Assembly: GCA_008369845.1 (NCBI GenBank)
Contig: MRSU01009997.1
Location: 1-54,894 of the forward strand
Origin: Trichomonas gallinae
Lineage: Eukaryota
Direction of reading: 5' to 3'
DNA length: 54,894 nucleotides
Shown: positions 1 through 11,398 of the stretch, one piece after another
Position numbering within the stretch: position 1 is the first letter of the stretch
Layout: each line of letters starts with the position of its first letter
Position numbers and translations under genes: made by a program
The notes under the pieces: model-generated
What the model saw: only the letters and a program-made list of their open reading frames with translations
Databases searched by the model: none
What the model was told of the DNA's origin: nothing

Positions 1-120
1 AACCGTTTCCCTCACCTCACCATATACTTTTGACATTAAATATAGCATTATAATAGCATGTAGATTCTAAATTTCATACTATTTGTATTTTTTGCTCCAC
101 CGTAACACTTCTGCACAAAA

Positions 121-1230
121 ATGGGAGTAATCCATTCATTATGTGGTTATGACCGTAATGGAATTGAGAGATTACCAAACGCAAACAAATATAAATTCTA
201 CCATCTCTATACCAATGAAGTTGTTCCGATTCCTGATGTATGGATCGAATGGTTTGCCCTCAGACTACGCATCAAGAAGAAGGAACTTGAAGATATGATC
301 AATACATCAGGCCATGATGTAATAGTTGATGGTGAAGAAAATTTAGATGATGATCCAAACTTTAAAATTGAATACCACTTCCCTATTCTGCCGATTATGT
401 ATGATTTCAAAGCCGAAGATGCTATTTTATTCATCGGAACTAAATTTTACTCAGTCAATTCTAAGCAAGAGATAACAAGACTTCGTATCATCCAGCCATC
501 AGGTATAGCTGAAGCCAAGATCGAGAGACATTCTAGACGCAAACTGAACTTAAAAGATGAACTCGAATTGAAAGTTTGGCGCAACGCATCAATAATTCTC
601 CCAGATGTCAAACGCGAAGACAAACTTTATGATCTTAATACTGATCTTATGATTGGTGAAGGATTTCCAGCCGGTGATAGTTATTATACAGCTGTAAGCC
701 TAAACCCAGAACGCACTTGGTATGGAGCTGTGAGGGAAGTTCCACCTTATAAAGATGAAAGGCTTGCGATTAACCAATTCAGAGAAAGAACAGAATCATA
801 CTTCCAAGTTAAACCTTTCGAATATGCTAAGAAAGATCTTGATATGAAAGATACATTGATCATATTCAGGAGCCGAAAGCCATATAACGACTGGGTTCTT
901 CCAGAAGGCAACTACCTGCCAACAATTGGATATCCAAGTTATGAAGATTTTTGGCACCATGCACACTACGGCCCTTGTACTCTTTATTATCAACAGGATT
1001 ATGCAACACCTGCTAATATTATGTTTTTGAAGTCAGCATTTCTTGCCCAATATTGGGGCGAATACACAAGAAGTTATGATATGTCTCTTGACATAGATCG
1101 TTTCTTACGGACAGATGCCTATGAAACTTGGGTCTGCGATCTTTATGGGCATAGAAGAATCAAAGGTCTTGGCAGCCCATTTGGTCGACTGAATGATCCC
1201 ATGATATCATATATATATTTTGACGCATAA
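121..1230 (+). CDS. Hypothetical protein (369 aa), aromatic-rich, no family recognised
   Basis: Long ORF with an AAAATG start context and an upstream ACACTT Inr-like site. Coding-like composition. Confidence 0.8.
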   Translation: MGVIHSLCGYDRNGIERLPNANKYKFYHLYTNEVVPIPDVWIEWFALRLRIKKKELEDMINTSGHDVIVDGEENLDDDPNFKIEYHFPILPIMYDFKAEDAILFIGTKFYSVNSKQEITRLRIIQPSGIAEAKIERHSRRKLNLKDELELKVWRNASIILPDVKREDKLYDLNTDLMIGEGFPAGDSYYTAVSLNPERTWYGAVREVPPYKDERLAINQFRERTESYFQVKPFEYAKKDLDMKDTLIIFRSRKPYNDWVLPEGNYLPTIGYPSYEDFWHHAHYGPCTLYYQQDYATPANIMFLKSAFLAQYWGEYTRSYDMSLDIDRFLRTDAYETWVCDLYGHRRIKGLGSPFGRLNDPMISYIYFDA

Positions 1231-1497
1231 CAATGCTTTATAGAAACTAACGCTTAAGATAGATTACGTAGAGTGATACTATAACTGCGCAGCCAAACAT
1301 CTCGTATTCGGCTCTATCCTTTTCTCTCCTGAAAATATCAAAACTATGAAAAAATATAATATGACAAACTCATACTCAGACTATAAGTAGGCGTGCCCAC
1401 AATGATAAATTTTATTGGATTCTAATACATTTTCCTACAATGATAAATTTTAAATAAATATAGAAAATATAATATCTTATTTCTTTACAATATCCGT

Positions 1498-1560
1498 ATC
1501 TTCCAGACTATCTTCCAGAAACTAATTTTCGATCTTCCAGAGTCCAAATTATCTTCCAAA
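1498..1560 (+). repeat. Cluster of four ATCTTCCA(G/A)A decamers
   Basis: Copies at 1498, 1510, 1532 and 1551. Confidence 0.8.
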
Positions 1561-1749
1561 GTTGCATCCCAACCCCATTTTCATAAAATTTCAATTATTA
1601 TCAATTTATTTAAGATTTTGACCCATAAACCTTCTTTATGAATCATAATTTTGCACTTTTGTAATAATTTTTTTTTTGTCATGTAATGATTGAATTGAAA
1701 TATCTGACAAATAAAATTATTTTATATGACAAAATGTCATAATTTTAGT

Positions 1750-2967
1750 ATGGAAAACTATTTACCATATCTAAAAGAAGATGGACGAGCAAAATTACAG
1801 AAAGATCTTCAAGAAGCTGCCGAACCACTCGAATTCATCAGTAAGCTTGCTGCATTAGAGTTTATTGATCAAAAAGAGCTTGGACCATTTTATCAAGTTA
1901 TGAATTCAATCAATAGGAATCCAAATGACATATTTTCTGATATATTACGTGAACAAATGACAGAATTCAAACAAAAAATCGCTACAATGAATGCAGATGA
2001 GCTTAGATCACTTATGAAAGAATTAGAACCATTTTCTGATATAGAAGAGTTCCAAGATCTCCTTAAAATAGTTGTAGCACAGGCACCGAAGATGTCTAAA
2101 ATCACTTCTCTGCCTGATGCAGTTAAAAAAGATTTAACACCAAAAGATAAAGCAGATTTATTCATTCGTGACACATCACAGTTCATAGAATGGCTCGATT
2201 CATTGTTTTCAGAAGCTATGATTAACTTTGCTAATGATGATTTTGGATATCACGACACATTCAAAGAGATTGTTCCTGTTGTATTTCAAAAGCGCAAATT
2301 GGCAGTAATGACCAATGATTATTGCGAAAGAAACTTCGAATCTACTCATCACCCAATTTATGTGATGATCAGATTTTATATGGCTTTATTTAACTCTCCG
2401 ATTGCGCAAATAGACTTTGCAAGGCCACTTGCTTTGATTGTTTACGGATCATTCCATGGAGTTAAGATTAATATCCAATTAATGAAAGAAGCAGCAATTC
2501 TTGCAGGAACTAAGCTTTCACACCTTATATTCTCTGCACCACAAGTAATACAGACAGGAAAAGTCCAATATTATGGTGAATTCTTCGGTGCAACGCATAA
2601 TGAAATTAAGGATTTCATTGGCGACCTTCCAAAACAATATGATTATATATTGTCGAAGATGTCGAACAATCCAATGTATTGCAGGGTTGCTGCGATGGCA
2701 ATGATACAAGGTGCAACTTTGCACGAAAATTACATCAAATTCTTGAGTATTTCAGATCCACAGACAGATATAGGATTGATTATGGCCAGAAACTACAAGA
2801 AAGAATATGATCCTATTCTTTTGCAGTGGGCTCAAAAAGATTCTTGGATTTACATTGATTATCTTACAAGAATCAAATCCAGCAACTTAGAATTACCTTC
2901 ATTCGACATAAAACCAGAATTAACACCCCAACAACAAGCAGTTGCACAAATATTGTTATTATTATAA
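1750..2967 (+). CDS. Hypothetical alpha-helical protein (~405 aa)
   Basis: The ORF track gives 1726-2967. ATG 1750 is preferred because it follows an Inr-like TCATAA at about 1737. Confidence 0.8.
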   Translation: MENYLPYLKEDGRAKLQKDLQEAAEPLEFISKLAALEFIDQKELGPFYQVMNSINRNPNDIFSDILREQMTEFKQKIATMNADELRSLMKELEPFSDIEEFQDLLKIVVAQAPKMSKITSLPDAVKKDLTPKDKADLFIRDTSQFIEWLDSLFSEAMINFANDDFGYHDTFKEIVPVVFQKRKLAVMTNDYCERNFESTHHPIYVMIRFYMALFNSPIAQIDFARPLALIVYGSFHGVKINIQLMKEAAILAGTKLSHLIFSAPQVIQTGKVQYYGEFFGATHNEIKDFIGDLPKQYDYILSKMSNNPMYCRVAAMAMIQGATLHENYIKFLSISDPQTDIGLIMARNYKKEYDPILLQWAQKDSWIYIDYLTRIKSSNLELPSFDIKPELTPQQQAVAQILLLL

Positions 2968-3919
2968 TATCATATCTAGATCATATCTATAATTTATGTA
3001 TATTTGTATATTTATATTATAAACTTGTTTTGTCATATTATAATGATATTATTCATGCTTCGGCACAGTGATACAGAAAGACTGCATGAAGAAGTTCACT
3101 GTCGATGAACATTCATTTTTAGAAATATCTAAGTCATACTCAGCTTTTGTATATGCGCTACAAGCTGAAGAAAAACACTCATATCGGAATAATTTACTTA
3201 TTAATAGATAAAATTGCTAGATCTCGCTACAAAAGCATCATTGAGGATCTGGGATAATGCATTAAGAGCAAAAATTAGTCATTATAGTTGATCAAATTTA
3301 CGCAACCCTTTGATTTTGGCATCTAACAATAGAAAACATCTGGAATATTGAAGTAATTACACATAAATGACTTACTAACTTCTTTCCACTCTTTAGAGTT
3401 GAAATGGAAATTATTCCAAGGTATCAACAAGTGCTAAGCAAATGACCTAAAGTTATATAGGAAAAAGTGAAACTACATATATCTATATTACATCATTTCA
3501 TTAACTAACGAAAATGGGAATTATAAATAGAAAACTCACCCAAAAAACAAAATAAAAAGGAAATAAATCTGCAATTTTGTTTCTTTTGCTGCTAGTGGTG
3601 GGCAAGGTAAATCAAATAACAAATTTTGTTCCATTTGAGTATTTCTTGTTGAAATTGATGGAATTTAAATATCTTGAGTAGAGATTTGAGTAATTGTAAA
3701 GTCTTTTACTGCCATTTTTGACGGGTTTTGCTTTTTGAATTCAATTCTTTTTTGATAAGTTAATATAATGTTTAGGAAACAAAATCATTAGTTGAATCAT
3801 CGAAAATATTTTCTAGTATGCGACCTTTATGACCATTCTGTATCTACAGCCTGCAACCTGCTGTTCCAATATGAATGTAAACTTTTTTTTGCCAAGTAAA
3901 GTTATTTGTGTCAAATAAA

Positions 3920-6900
3920 ATGGAGGGAAAAGATCCGTATGAATTTGTGAAGGATGCAATCGAAACTGCCACTGACCAGCCTGATAATTATCAGGCAACA
4001 AACATTTTGACACATGTAATACCTTTAAATCCGTTTTACTTGCAATTTCTTGATCAATATTTGCCAAATTCCAAATCAATTGGTGCTTTGTTCCATACTT
4101 GTAAAACAATCTACGATTTAATGACAAAAAGAGGCTGTTTAATATCGGAAGATATACTTTCTAAACATCTTGATATGTTATACAATGTAATTAAGGATTT
4201 AGCAATCAATCGTCCTGATTTATTCAATAAATCATCAATAGGAGAAGTTGCGCATTGTTTTGCTGGATCTTATCGTGCATTATTCGAAAAAATTGGACTC
4301 GTGCAGCCATTCGGCGAACTTTTGGACAGTCCAAGTCGAATCCATAAGCTAATTGGTCTCAAAACACTTAATGAAATCGTCTATAATATCAAAAACCAAC
4401 AAAATCAAATATCCGATGCAAAATTCCCTGATTTTCGTGCTGGCTTCTTCAAAAGACATCTCAGAATGTATATTGAGGCTGCAGTACATTTTTTAGATGA
4501 TCCAAAAGATACAGAATGCACTTATGAGGGAGTTAAACTCCTTCACAACTGCCTTTGCTTCACGTGCAAGCAGGACGATATGCTTCAATTTAAATTTAAT
4601 GTTCCTGCAGATTGGGTTGGTTTTTATACAGACTTCATGTTCCCTGAAAAATTATTTAATATTTACATTCATGGAACCACAGAAATGGCAGATGAGGCTT
4701 TAGATGCACTCTTGATGTTCTGTTCTGCCGTTGATTGGAAGGCAATTGATCAACATATGAATTTTATTCAATGCATAGCGCAAAACATTACAGGAATTCT
4801 ATCACAAAACATCAACAAATGCAATAATCACCTTGCACGTTTGATTTGCAAGGTAGGTTTAGTTCTTCCTCTTCAACATTTTATTACAAGCGATTTATCT
4901 CAGCCATTTTTCGAACAAGTTTACAACTATACGAAGAACATGTTTTTATGTCCAAGATCTTCTACTGATTCTAATGAACCGGACGTCATTAAAGGATATT
5001 TGCTTAATTTTTGGGGTCGTGCATCTGCCGTTTGCTCAGTCAGTCCTTCAAATTATCCTCCAGTTTTACTCAACATCTTTACTACAATTTTTCAAGAATT
5101 CGTTGACATTTTCTTAAATCAAATTATTGAAGACCAGGATCCAATTAATTACATTGGTTACAACGAGCATGCTTCAAACTTTGAGCAGCTATGGAATGTA
5201 GCTTCTGTTAACATTACCGGATGCACACAATTTTTAATTTCCAAGATTGACGAATGCATTGGCTTTATCGGCCAAGGCACCGAAGTTTCTAAGTGTCTTC
5301 TTCGTCTTTCTGCTGTAATTCTTATAATTTCCAGCAGATTCTCTACAAGACCGGCTCCTTACACTAGAAACGTCTCTATGGACTATATAATGCACAAAGC
5401 CCAGCTTACATCTTCAATATTCAATATTATTGGCACAACTGACGGAATTCTCGTAGATCTCTATAACGAATTCCCAGTATTTGCCGCCCGCATGGAATTA
5501 AGCTTGGTGGCCTTCGCGGATGCATTTAAGCGTGACATGTTCACTCAGCGACCAGAAGTAAACGGGTTTTACGAAGCGATGCAGCTTCCGAACGGCAGAA
5601 AGATTGCTTTCGACAATTTTGTTAACAGATTCATAAGAGATCTCGTTGTATTCGTCGGACAAGTCAATTTGCTTAAAGCAATTTTGAGATTTATCGACGA
5701 TGTTACAAATGCTTCTAAAATTAAGGATATTGCTGAACTAGCGAACGCAAACGAGAAATTATTTTCATTAATCACCAGACAAAACTTCGTTGCTTTCGAA
5801 GGCATCGAGAAATTCGTAGATCTCAAGAAATTGGTAGTTTTGCTCAACACTATTTACGGCAGAAACATCAAATCCACAGAAGCCCTTAAGAGGTTTGTCG
5901 ACCACTTCGATGAGCGCTTCAAGGGATTAAGAGCTCAAAATTATAATAATGCACCAGATGTTTTTGTTCTTTTCTGCGAAATTAGAGGTGTTTTGAAAGG
6001 AATCCAGGTGCCTCACTTCTTGACAGTGGCAACTTGGTACATGAACAATTACGTGGACGATGCATTAAATTGTCTATCGAAATTTAGTGAAAATCCAGAC
6101 ATTGTACTCGCTATTCTAAACAGCTGGCTCTGCATAGCGTCGAACAAAGGCAGGAAGATAGTAATTCCTAGCGGAAGTGCGGACGGAATAAGGATCTTTT
6201 TGAGAACGTTCGACTTCATAAACGTTATATCCAGTCTCAGCGAGCAGTTCGTCAACATCGACTCTATCTTGTACTACAAAATATTCAGGTTCATCTTCAG
6301 CTCTGTGTCTAATACTTATGCCAATTTCGGAGTCATGAAGCATTTCAAGGATGAGCGTCCATTGGCTATGTTCAAAATTTTCTTCGATTCAATGGCAAAT
6401 ACAGTCATTACTGATATCATTCAGTCCTCCAAGGAGTTCAAAGCGATCATCTCGTCAATATCTTATATAGTTGATATCTTCCCTGAATATCTTTTGGCTC
6501 CGGATATGTCACAAGCAATCGACGTCGCAGTAGGCTTCCTTAAGAACTCATTAGCTTTTATTATTGACGATGAAGAGAAAATCGACGAATGGAAGGAAGT
6601 GTGCAAGGCAATCTACAAGCTCTTGACACTTGGGTTCACTAACAGCGGAGAAATAGACATCGGGTCATTAATGGAATCATTCAGGCCACACTTTTTGTTC
6701 ATCCTTGATGCAGTAATTTCGCCGAAGCTGAAGTCAATTATCGATGACGCGGCTCCAATGCTCTTCTTGATGATCAGGTACTACTCTGGTTTCTGTTATG
6801 AGGTTTTCGGAAGGATCTGCGAGTCATTCGAAGATAATGCACAACAAGTTGCACCAATATTCGAAAACTTGAAGACAGCAGCGCAGAACTGCTCAGATGG

Positions 6901-7024
6901 AATCATTGTACCGCCAAAACCATTCAAGTACGCGTTGGATATGTTTAAGACTGAGATGATCAGGTTCCCGACATCTATTGTTGCAATGGAGGAATATGCA
7001 GAACTATTGGAACTCCAAAATTAA
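3920..7024 (+). CDS. Exportin-7/RanBP16-like karyopherin (HEAT repeats)
   Basis: First ATG is in an AAAATG context at 3920. GRKIVIPSGSADGIRIF and NTYANFGVMKHFKDE resemble XPO7 motifs (RLQFDVSSPNGILLF and YVNFGVFRLYGD). Length of about 1030 aa fits. Confidence 0.65.
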   Translation: MEGKDPYEFVKDAIETATDQPDNYQATNILTHVIPLNPFYLQFLDQYLPNSKSIGALFHTCKTIYDLMTKRGCLISEDILSKHLDMLYNVIKDLAINRPDLFNKSSIGEVAHCFAGSYRALFEKIGLVQPFGELLDSPSRIHKLIGLKTLNEIVYNIKNQQNQISDAKFPDFRAGFFKRHLRMYIEAAVHFLDDPKDTECTYEGVKLLHNCLCFTCKQDDMLQFKFNVPADWVGFYTDFMFPEKLFNIYIHGTTEMADEALDALLMFCSAVDWKAIDQHMNFIQCIAQNITGILSQNINKCNNHLARLICKVGLVLPLQHFITSDLSQPFFEQVYNYTKNMFLCPRSSTDSNEPDVIKGYLLNFWGRASAVCSVSPSNYPPVLLNIFTTIFQEFVDIFLNQIIEDQDPINYIGYNEHASNFEQLWNVASVNITGCTQFLISKIDECIGFIGQGTEVSKCLLRLSAVILIISSRFSTRPAPYTRNVSMDYIMHKAQLTSSIFNIIGTTDGILVDLYNEFPVFAARMELSLVAFADAFKRDMFTQRPEVNGFYEAMQLPNGRKIAFDNFVNRFIRDLVVFVGQVNLLKAILRFIDDVTNASKIKDIAELANANEKLFSLITRQNFVAFEGIEKFVDLKKLVVLLNTIYGRNIKSTEALKRFVDHFDERFKGLRAQNYNNAPDVFVLFCEIRGVLKGIQVPHFLTVATWYMNNYVDDALNCLSKFSENPDIVLAILNSWLCIASNKGRKIVIPSGSADGIRIFLRTFDFINVISSLSEQFVNIDSILYYKIFRFIFSSVSNTYANFGVMKHFKDERPLAMFKIFFDSMANTVITDIIQSSKEFKAIISSISYIVDIFPEYLLAPDMSQAIDVAVGFLKNSLAFIIDDEEKIDEWKEVCKAIYKLLTLGFTNSGEIDIGSLMESFRPHFLFILDAVISPKLKSIIDDAAPMLFLMIRYYSGFCYEVFGRICESFEDNAQQVAPIFENLKTAAQNCSDGIIVPPKPFKYALDMFKTEMIRFPTSIVAMEEYAELLELQN

Positions 7025-7461
7025 TGCTTTTTATTTATATTTGAAATATATATTTTATTATTAAAATGTAACTTTGAATTTTTTTTTCACATTATTTGCG
7101 ATATCCTCTGCATCCAACTTTTGCCACAGATTGTTGAAGTTTGTAATTTTCATTCAAATTTCGACTATATAGTATGAAGAAGTCTGAGAACGTGAAGAAG
7201 AAGTCTCTGAAAACATCCAGTTGTTTTATATATATATAAATGCGAAACTGTTGACATTTTCATTTAATGCAATAAAAATACCAGAATTAGCATCAAATTA
7301 GTTTTTTCTGGTATTGATGTAAATATGCGAGAGAATCAATAGCTTTTATTATGTTGCTATCATTATCAATCCTTTGATACAAATTCTAGAAAAATAATAA
7401 ATATTAATTGTTTTATTTATATTCGAAATCCGTAGTAATCTTTTGGTCATTTATTTTATTG

Positions 7462-7869
7462 ATGAAGTCGATTCTTTCTTATGAAGATGAAATTTTCTAT
7501 GAAACAACAACCATAGAAGAAAACACTAGGATAATAGCGAATACATGCAGCATGTTTAAAGAAAATCTGGACGAAGTTCTCGCGAAATTAAATTTCTTTT
7601 TATTTCGTTCACTTGAGCAACCATATTTAAATGCAATCGAAGAATCTCACATATTTGATGTAATTTCAGCGCCTATTTACCAAATTCCAAATACTTTTCC
7701 AGATTTTGATTTACAACAAGCGCTTCACTTGATTTCTAAGCTATTTACAGCAACATCATTCGTAGGGAAAATGTTTATTACACCAGAATTTCTGGTAATT
7801 TGCAAATCTCATCTCGAAAAAACTGATAACAATTTCGATTTTCATACAATAATAAAATGCATTTGTTGA
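7462..7869 (+). CDS. Short, probably truncated ARM/HEAT-like protein (135 aa)
   Basis: Inr TCATTT at 7447-7452 precedes ATG 7462. Amphipathic helical pattern (LQQALHLISKLF). Stops 21 bp from the stop codon of the convergent gene. Confidence 0.45.
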   Translation: MKSILSYEDEIFYETTTIEENTRIIANTCSMFKENLDEVLAKLNFFLFRSLEQPYLNAIEESHIFDVISAPIYQIPNTFPDFDLQQALHLISKLFTATSFVGKMFITPEFLVICKSHLEKTDNNFDFHTIIKCIC

Positions 7870-7890
7870 AAAAAATTATAATATATATGT

Positions 7891-9354
7891 TTAAACTGCG
7901 AGTGCGACTGATAATTTATCCCCACTAATTGTCCAGCCGCGTCTATTCTCCTTAACAAACCTCTGTGCATCTTCCTGCTTTGAGAAGACTACACGGAAAA
8001 TTGGAGGCGTAAATTGGTAGCCTTCTAGATTACCATATTTAAGGCAAGCTTTAACAAATTCTTCCTCATTTGTAGAAGACTGCTTAATGTTATTGATTGC
8101 AACAGTACGTTTCTGGTCTTGTGCATCAACAAATGCTGATCTCATTGAATTAATATTCTTCTTTCTCTTAAGTTCAAATGCGTATAGACGGACACCTTCT
8201 GAAATGATAGAATTGAACTTTCTAATGCCATCCTGCATTTCTTTTTCGTTTATGAATTGTAAAAACATAATAGGACGCTTTTCTTGCTCGCGTGATGACA
8301 GGTTGAGTATATCAAATGATGATGGTGCAATGTTTTGAACTTCTTCGTCCTTTGTGCCGATTGCGAAATTGCAAACAGCTATTCTCTTGGAGCGAGTGAT
8401 TTTAATTGTGCAGCCATCAATTGCAGCGTTGTTAAGTACAGCAATGCAATGGTCAGCCTGGTCATCTGTAGTATATCTTGCAATTCCAAATCTAACATGT
8501 TGCGGACCAATCTCATCCATGTATGATTGATACGCAGGGACATACGAGTCGAGTAATACTTTGAGCATCGGTGAGCTAAAGTACTGAGGAAGCCCTGAGA
8601 TGACTAATGTGTTTAATTCGACTTCTTTGACTGTTTCTCGCGATATGTATTGAGAGATTCGAATTTCTTTTTCATTGACAACTGTATAATTGAGTGTTTT
8701 GATTGCATATCTTGCATTTTCGACTCTTTCGAATGAAATATCAGCAACATAATAACGGCGTAAACCACCTTGTTTGAAGATATCAACGTGCGTAATGTTG
8801 CCTGCACGCGAGAATAACTCGACAAGGAGCTTCTCATTAACATTTTTCGGCAAATTTGTTACACGAACTAAAGGAATATCTTCATTTCTAGTGGAAACAG
8901 ATGTAATTTCGTTTCTAATTTTGAGAACACTAAGGAAACGATAGCATTTGATCGCTTCCTTCATGTTTGGAATCGAAACAGTGACTAATGAAGGGAAAGA
9001 CTCTATTACGGTAAATTCGTCTGTGAAAAGCGATACAAGCTCTTCAGCGATCTTGTCATCACGTAGTGCGCTTGGAAGATTCGAAATAATCAAATAAGTT
9101 CCAACCGTATTCGGAACAGTGTCTGGAGCCACGTAGATCTGGAAATTGGGCCAGAGGAGGTTGAGCTCCCTGACTGTTATAATTTCGGAAAAAGAAACGA
9201 AAAAGACGTTGATTTTAAGATCTGTACGCGAAAAATGCTGCGAGAAGTCTGCTTTAACTGGGAACATACTAACTATCTCGTCCACAGACTTCGTGCAGTC
9301 CGTGTCAACAAGAACAAAATGCTTCCCCTTAGTAGGTTTCTGCCAGCTATTCAT
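7891..9354 (-). CDS. Multi-RRM RNA-binding protein, divergent PABP-like repeats
   Basis: Repeated RNP2-like segments (LIISNLP, VRVTNLP, LVISGLP, IAVCNF, VAINNI). ARYAIKTLNYTVVNEKEIRI resembles the PABP RRM helix2-beta4. Stop lies within TAAA. Confidence 0.8.
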   Translation of the reverse strand: MNSWQKPTKGKHFVLVDTDCTKSVDEIVSMFPVKADFSQHFSRTDLKINVFFVSFSEIITVRELNLLWPNFQIYVAPDTVPNTVGTYLIISNLPSALRDDKIAEELVSLFTDEFTVIESFPSLVTVSIPNMKEAIKCYRFLSVLKIRNEITSVSTRNEDIPLVRVTNLPKNVNEKLLVELFSRAGNITHVDIFKQGGLRRYYVADISFERVENARYAIKTLNYTVVNEKEIRISQYISRETVKEVELNTLVISGLPQYFSSPMLKVLLDSYVPAYQSYMDEIGPQHVRFGIARYTTDDQADHCIAVLNNAAIDGCTIKITRSKRIAVCNFAIGTKDEEVQNIAPSSFDILNLSSREQEKRPIMFLQFINEKEMQDGIRKFNSIISEGVRLYAFELKRKKNINSMRSAFVDAQDQKRTVAINNIKQSSTNEEEFVKACLKYGNLEGYQFTPPIFRVVFSKQEDAQRFVKENRRGWTISGDKLSVALAV

Positions 9355-10083
9355 TGTATTTTTTATCGTTCGAAATGTGAAATCAGTGAAGGAAGCCTTT
9401 TTTAGGAATTTTTCAAACGGAAATCAACCATTTTTGATGTATATTATCATATTATCAACAATTTGTGCAAATTCATAATAACAAGATTTTAACCTTATTT
9501 TGATTTTTGTCATTACATTATTAATATATGTCACTTTACATGTCAAATATAAAATATTTGTCATTTTCCCCGACAGCTTTGTTACAGTCTCTATTTTTGG
9601 ATCTCATGCAGTGCCATCATCATTAACATATGATCTAGAGACAGGAAACATGGTCTTCAGCAACAATGTCGACCAAATGTAGTTCGATGAATAAGTTTGT
9701 AGCTTAGTTTCGATCATGCGATGTTATCTTCTTTGATGAACGATTTAGAAACAATGGAGTCATAAATATTGATACGAAAACATTACTTGAACAAATTTCA
9801 TCAATAAAAAGTTATTTCTTAATAGCACCTTGATCACAGTTAGATTTCATTGTGCACATAAATACCATATACGCATTTAGTATATATAAAACTTGAAAAT
9901 GCATAATATGAGAAATTTGAATAAAATTGAAATAGAAATATTTTGTTAAATATCATATATGCTTATATGTGAACTTAAAATGAGTCTTAAATATATTCTT
10001 TCGAAAAAATACAACATTGGAGAAAATTATTCAAATTTTTGGAATCAGAATGATTAATAATAAAGCTACAAACAAATGTTTAT

Positions 10084-11319
10084 TTAAATTTCGCTGAACT
10101 CAATTCGATTTCTTGCATTTTCGAGTTCATGCTTCAACATATCTATTTCGCTGAAAAGGCCAAGACTTTCATTCTTACATAACCCAATTAACCTATTACA
10201 AGTCAATGCAACTAATATAAGCGGTCGAATTCCGATTGAATAATTATCATCATTGTTATTATACTCCGATATCATTGTACTATTATCCTGAACAAGATTT
10301 TGTATGATGGAAGGCAGTTCTTCTGGCTGTGTATTGATTGGAATATTTAAAATATTGCAAATATCATGGAAAACGCTAATATATACTTTGTTGTTATTCC
10401 TCTTAATAGAGCTAATCAATATGCTATTTTCCTTTGTTAATTGCTCAACTTTTTTATTTGTTTCATTTTCTTGAGCACTGAGTTGATCTTTTAGACGCAT
10501 CACATCTGATTCTTTTGCTACTAGCTCTGATTGAAGCTTTTGAAGGGTAGGTATATAGTTATTTTCAAAACTCGCTGACTTTTGAACAAGATTTTGAATT
10601 TGTTCATTCAATTCAAGATTTTTCTCAGTAAGATACCGGTTTTTATGTTGCTCTTTTGCTACTTCTAACTTCAAATTTTGTACAACCGAATCCGATTTTT
10701 CAAATTGTTGATTTTTAAGATTTTCGAGATCATTCAATAATTTCTGTTTCTCTAAAACAAGATCCTCTTTTTCTTTAACTATTTGCTGATATTGATTGTT
10801 GTTAACCATTTGAGCTTGACTTAATTTCAATTTTTCGATTTGCTTCTTTAATAATGTATTATTTGTTTCGTATTTGGCATTTTCACTTGTAATTATATCA
10901 ATTTTCGATGAAAAAGATGCTATTTCAATCTCTTTTTCTGCTTTAAATTCATCCATTTCGCGAAAATAATGTGTAATGCATTTTTTTGCTTCTGCAATAG
11001 AATTTATAGTTTTGTTTGATTGTTTTTCAAGAATTTCATAAAAAGAACGTAGCTCTGTGTGAAGTTTCGCATTGTTATTTCTTTCTGTGATCAAAACTTG
11101 TCTTAATTGGAGTCCACGAGATATTTCCAGTTTGAATAGATCATGCAAAGCAACTAAAGTTCGAAAAATGTTTGATTTTTTGAATTTTTCTTTGTGATTT
11201 TCAATGAAAACTTCGATTGATTTGCAGCTTTGCTTGATGCTATCAATCTCTTCGAAAGATTCGACTGATATGTTATATGAAGTACTCGAATCAGGCGAAA
11301 TCACATGATTCGGTATCAT
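10084..11319 (-). CDS. Coiled-coil protein (411 aa)
   Basis: Long ORF rich in E/K/Q/L/N heptads. Stop lies within TAAA. Confidence 0.8.
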   Translation of the reverse strand: MIPNHVISPDSSTSYNISVESFEEIDSIKQSCKSIEVFIENHKEKFKKSNIFRTLVALHDLFKLEISRGLQLRQVLITERNNNAKLHTELRSFYEILEKQSNKTINSIAEAKKCITHYFREMDEFKAEKEIEIASFSSKIDIITSENAKYETNNTLLKKQIEKLKLSQAQMVNNNQYQQIVKEKEDLVLEKQKLLNDLENLKNQQFEKSDSVVQNLKLEVAKEQHKNRYLTEKNLELNEQIQNLVQKSASFENNYIPTLQKLQSELVAKESDVMRLKDQLSAQENETNKKVEQLTKENSILISSIKRNNNKVYISVFHDICNILNIPINTQPEELPSIIQNLVQDNSTMISEYNNNDDNYSIGIRPLILVALTCNRLIGLCKNESLGLFSEIDMLKHELENARNRIEFSEI

Positions 11320-11322
11320 TGC

Positions 11323-11377
11323 GACCGTTTATTTTACAAAATTACAAAATTGTCACTTTTTATAATAATAAACGGTC
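11323..11377. promoter_or_regulatory. Symmetric bidirectional core promoter: inverted AATAAACGGTC (Myb/M3-like) pair flanking an AAAGTGAC (M2-like) motif
   Basis: GACCGTTTATT at 11323-11333 and AATAAACGGTC at 11367-11377 are exact reverse complements. GTCACTTT lies at 11352-11359. Confidence 0.5.
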
Positions 11378-11398
11378 ATTTTTTCATTTTTTAGATCC

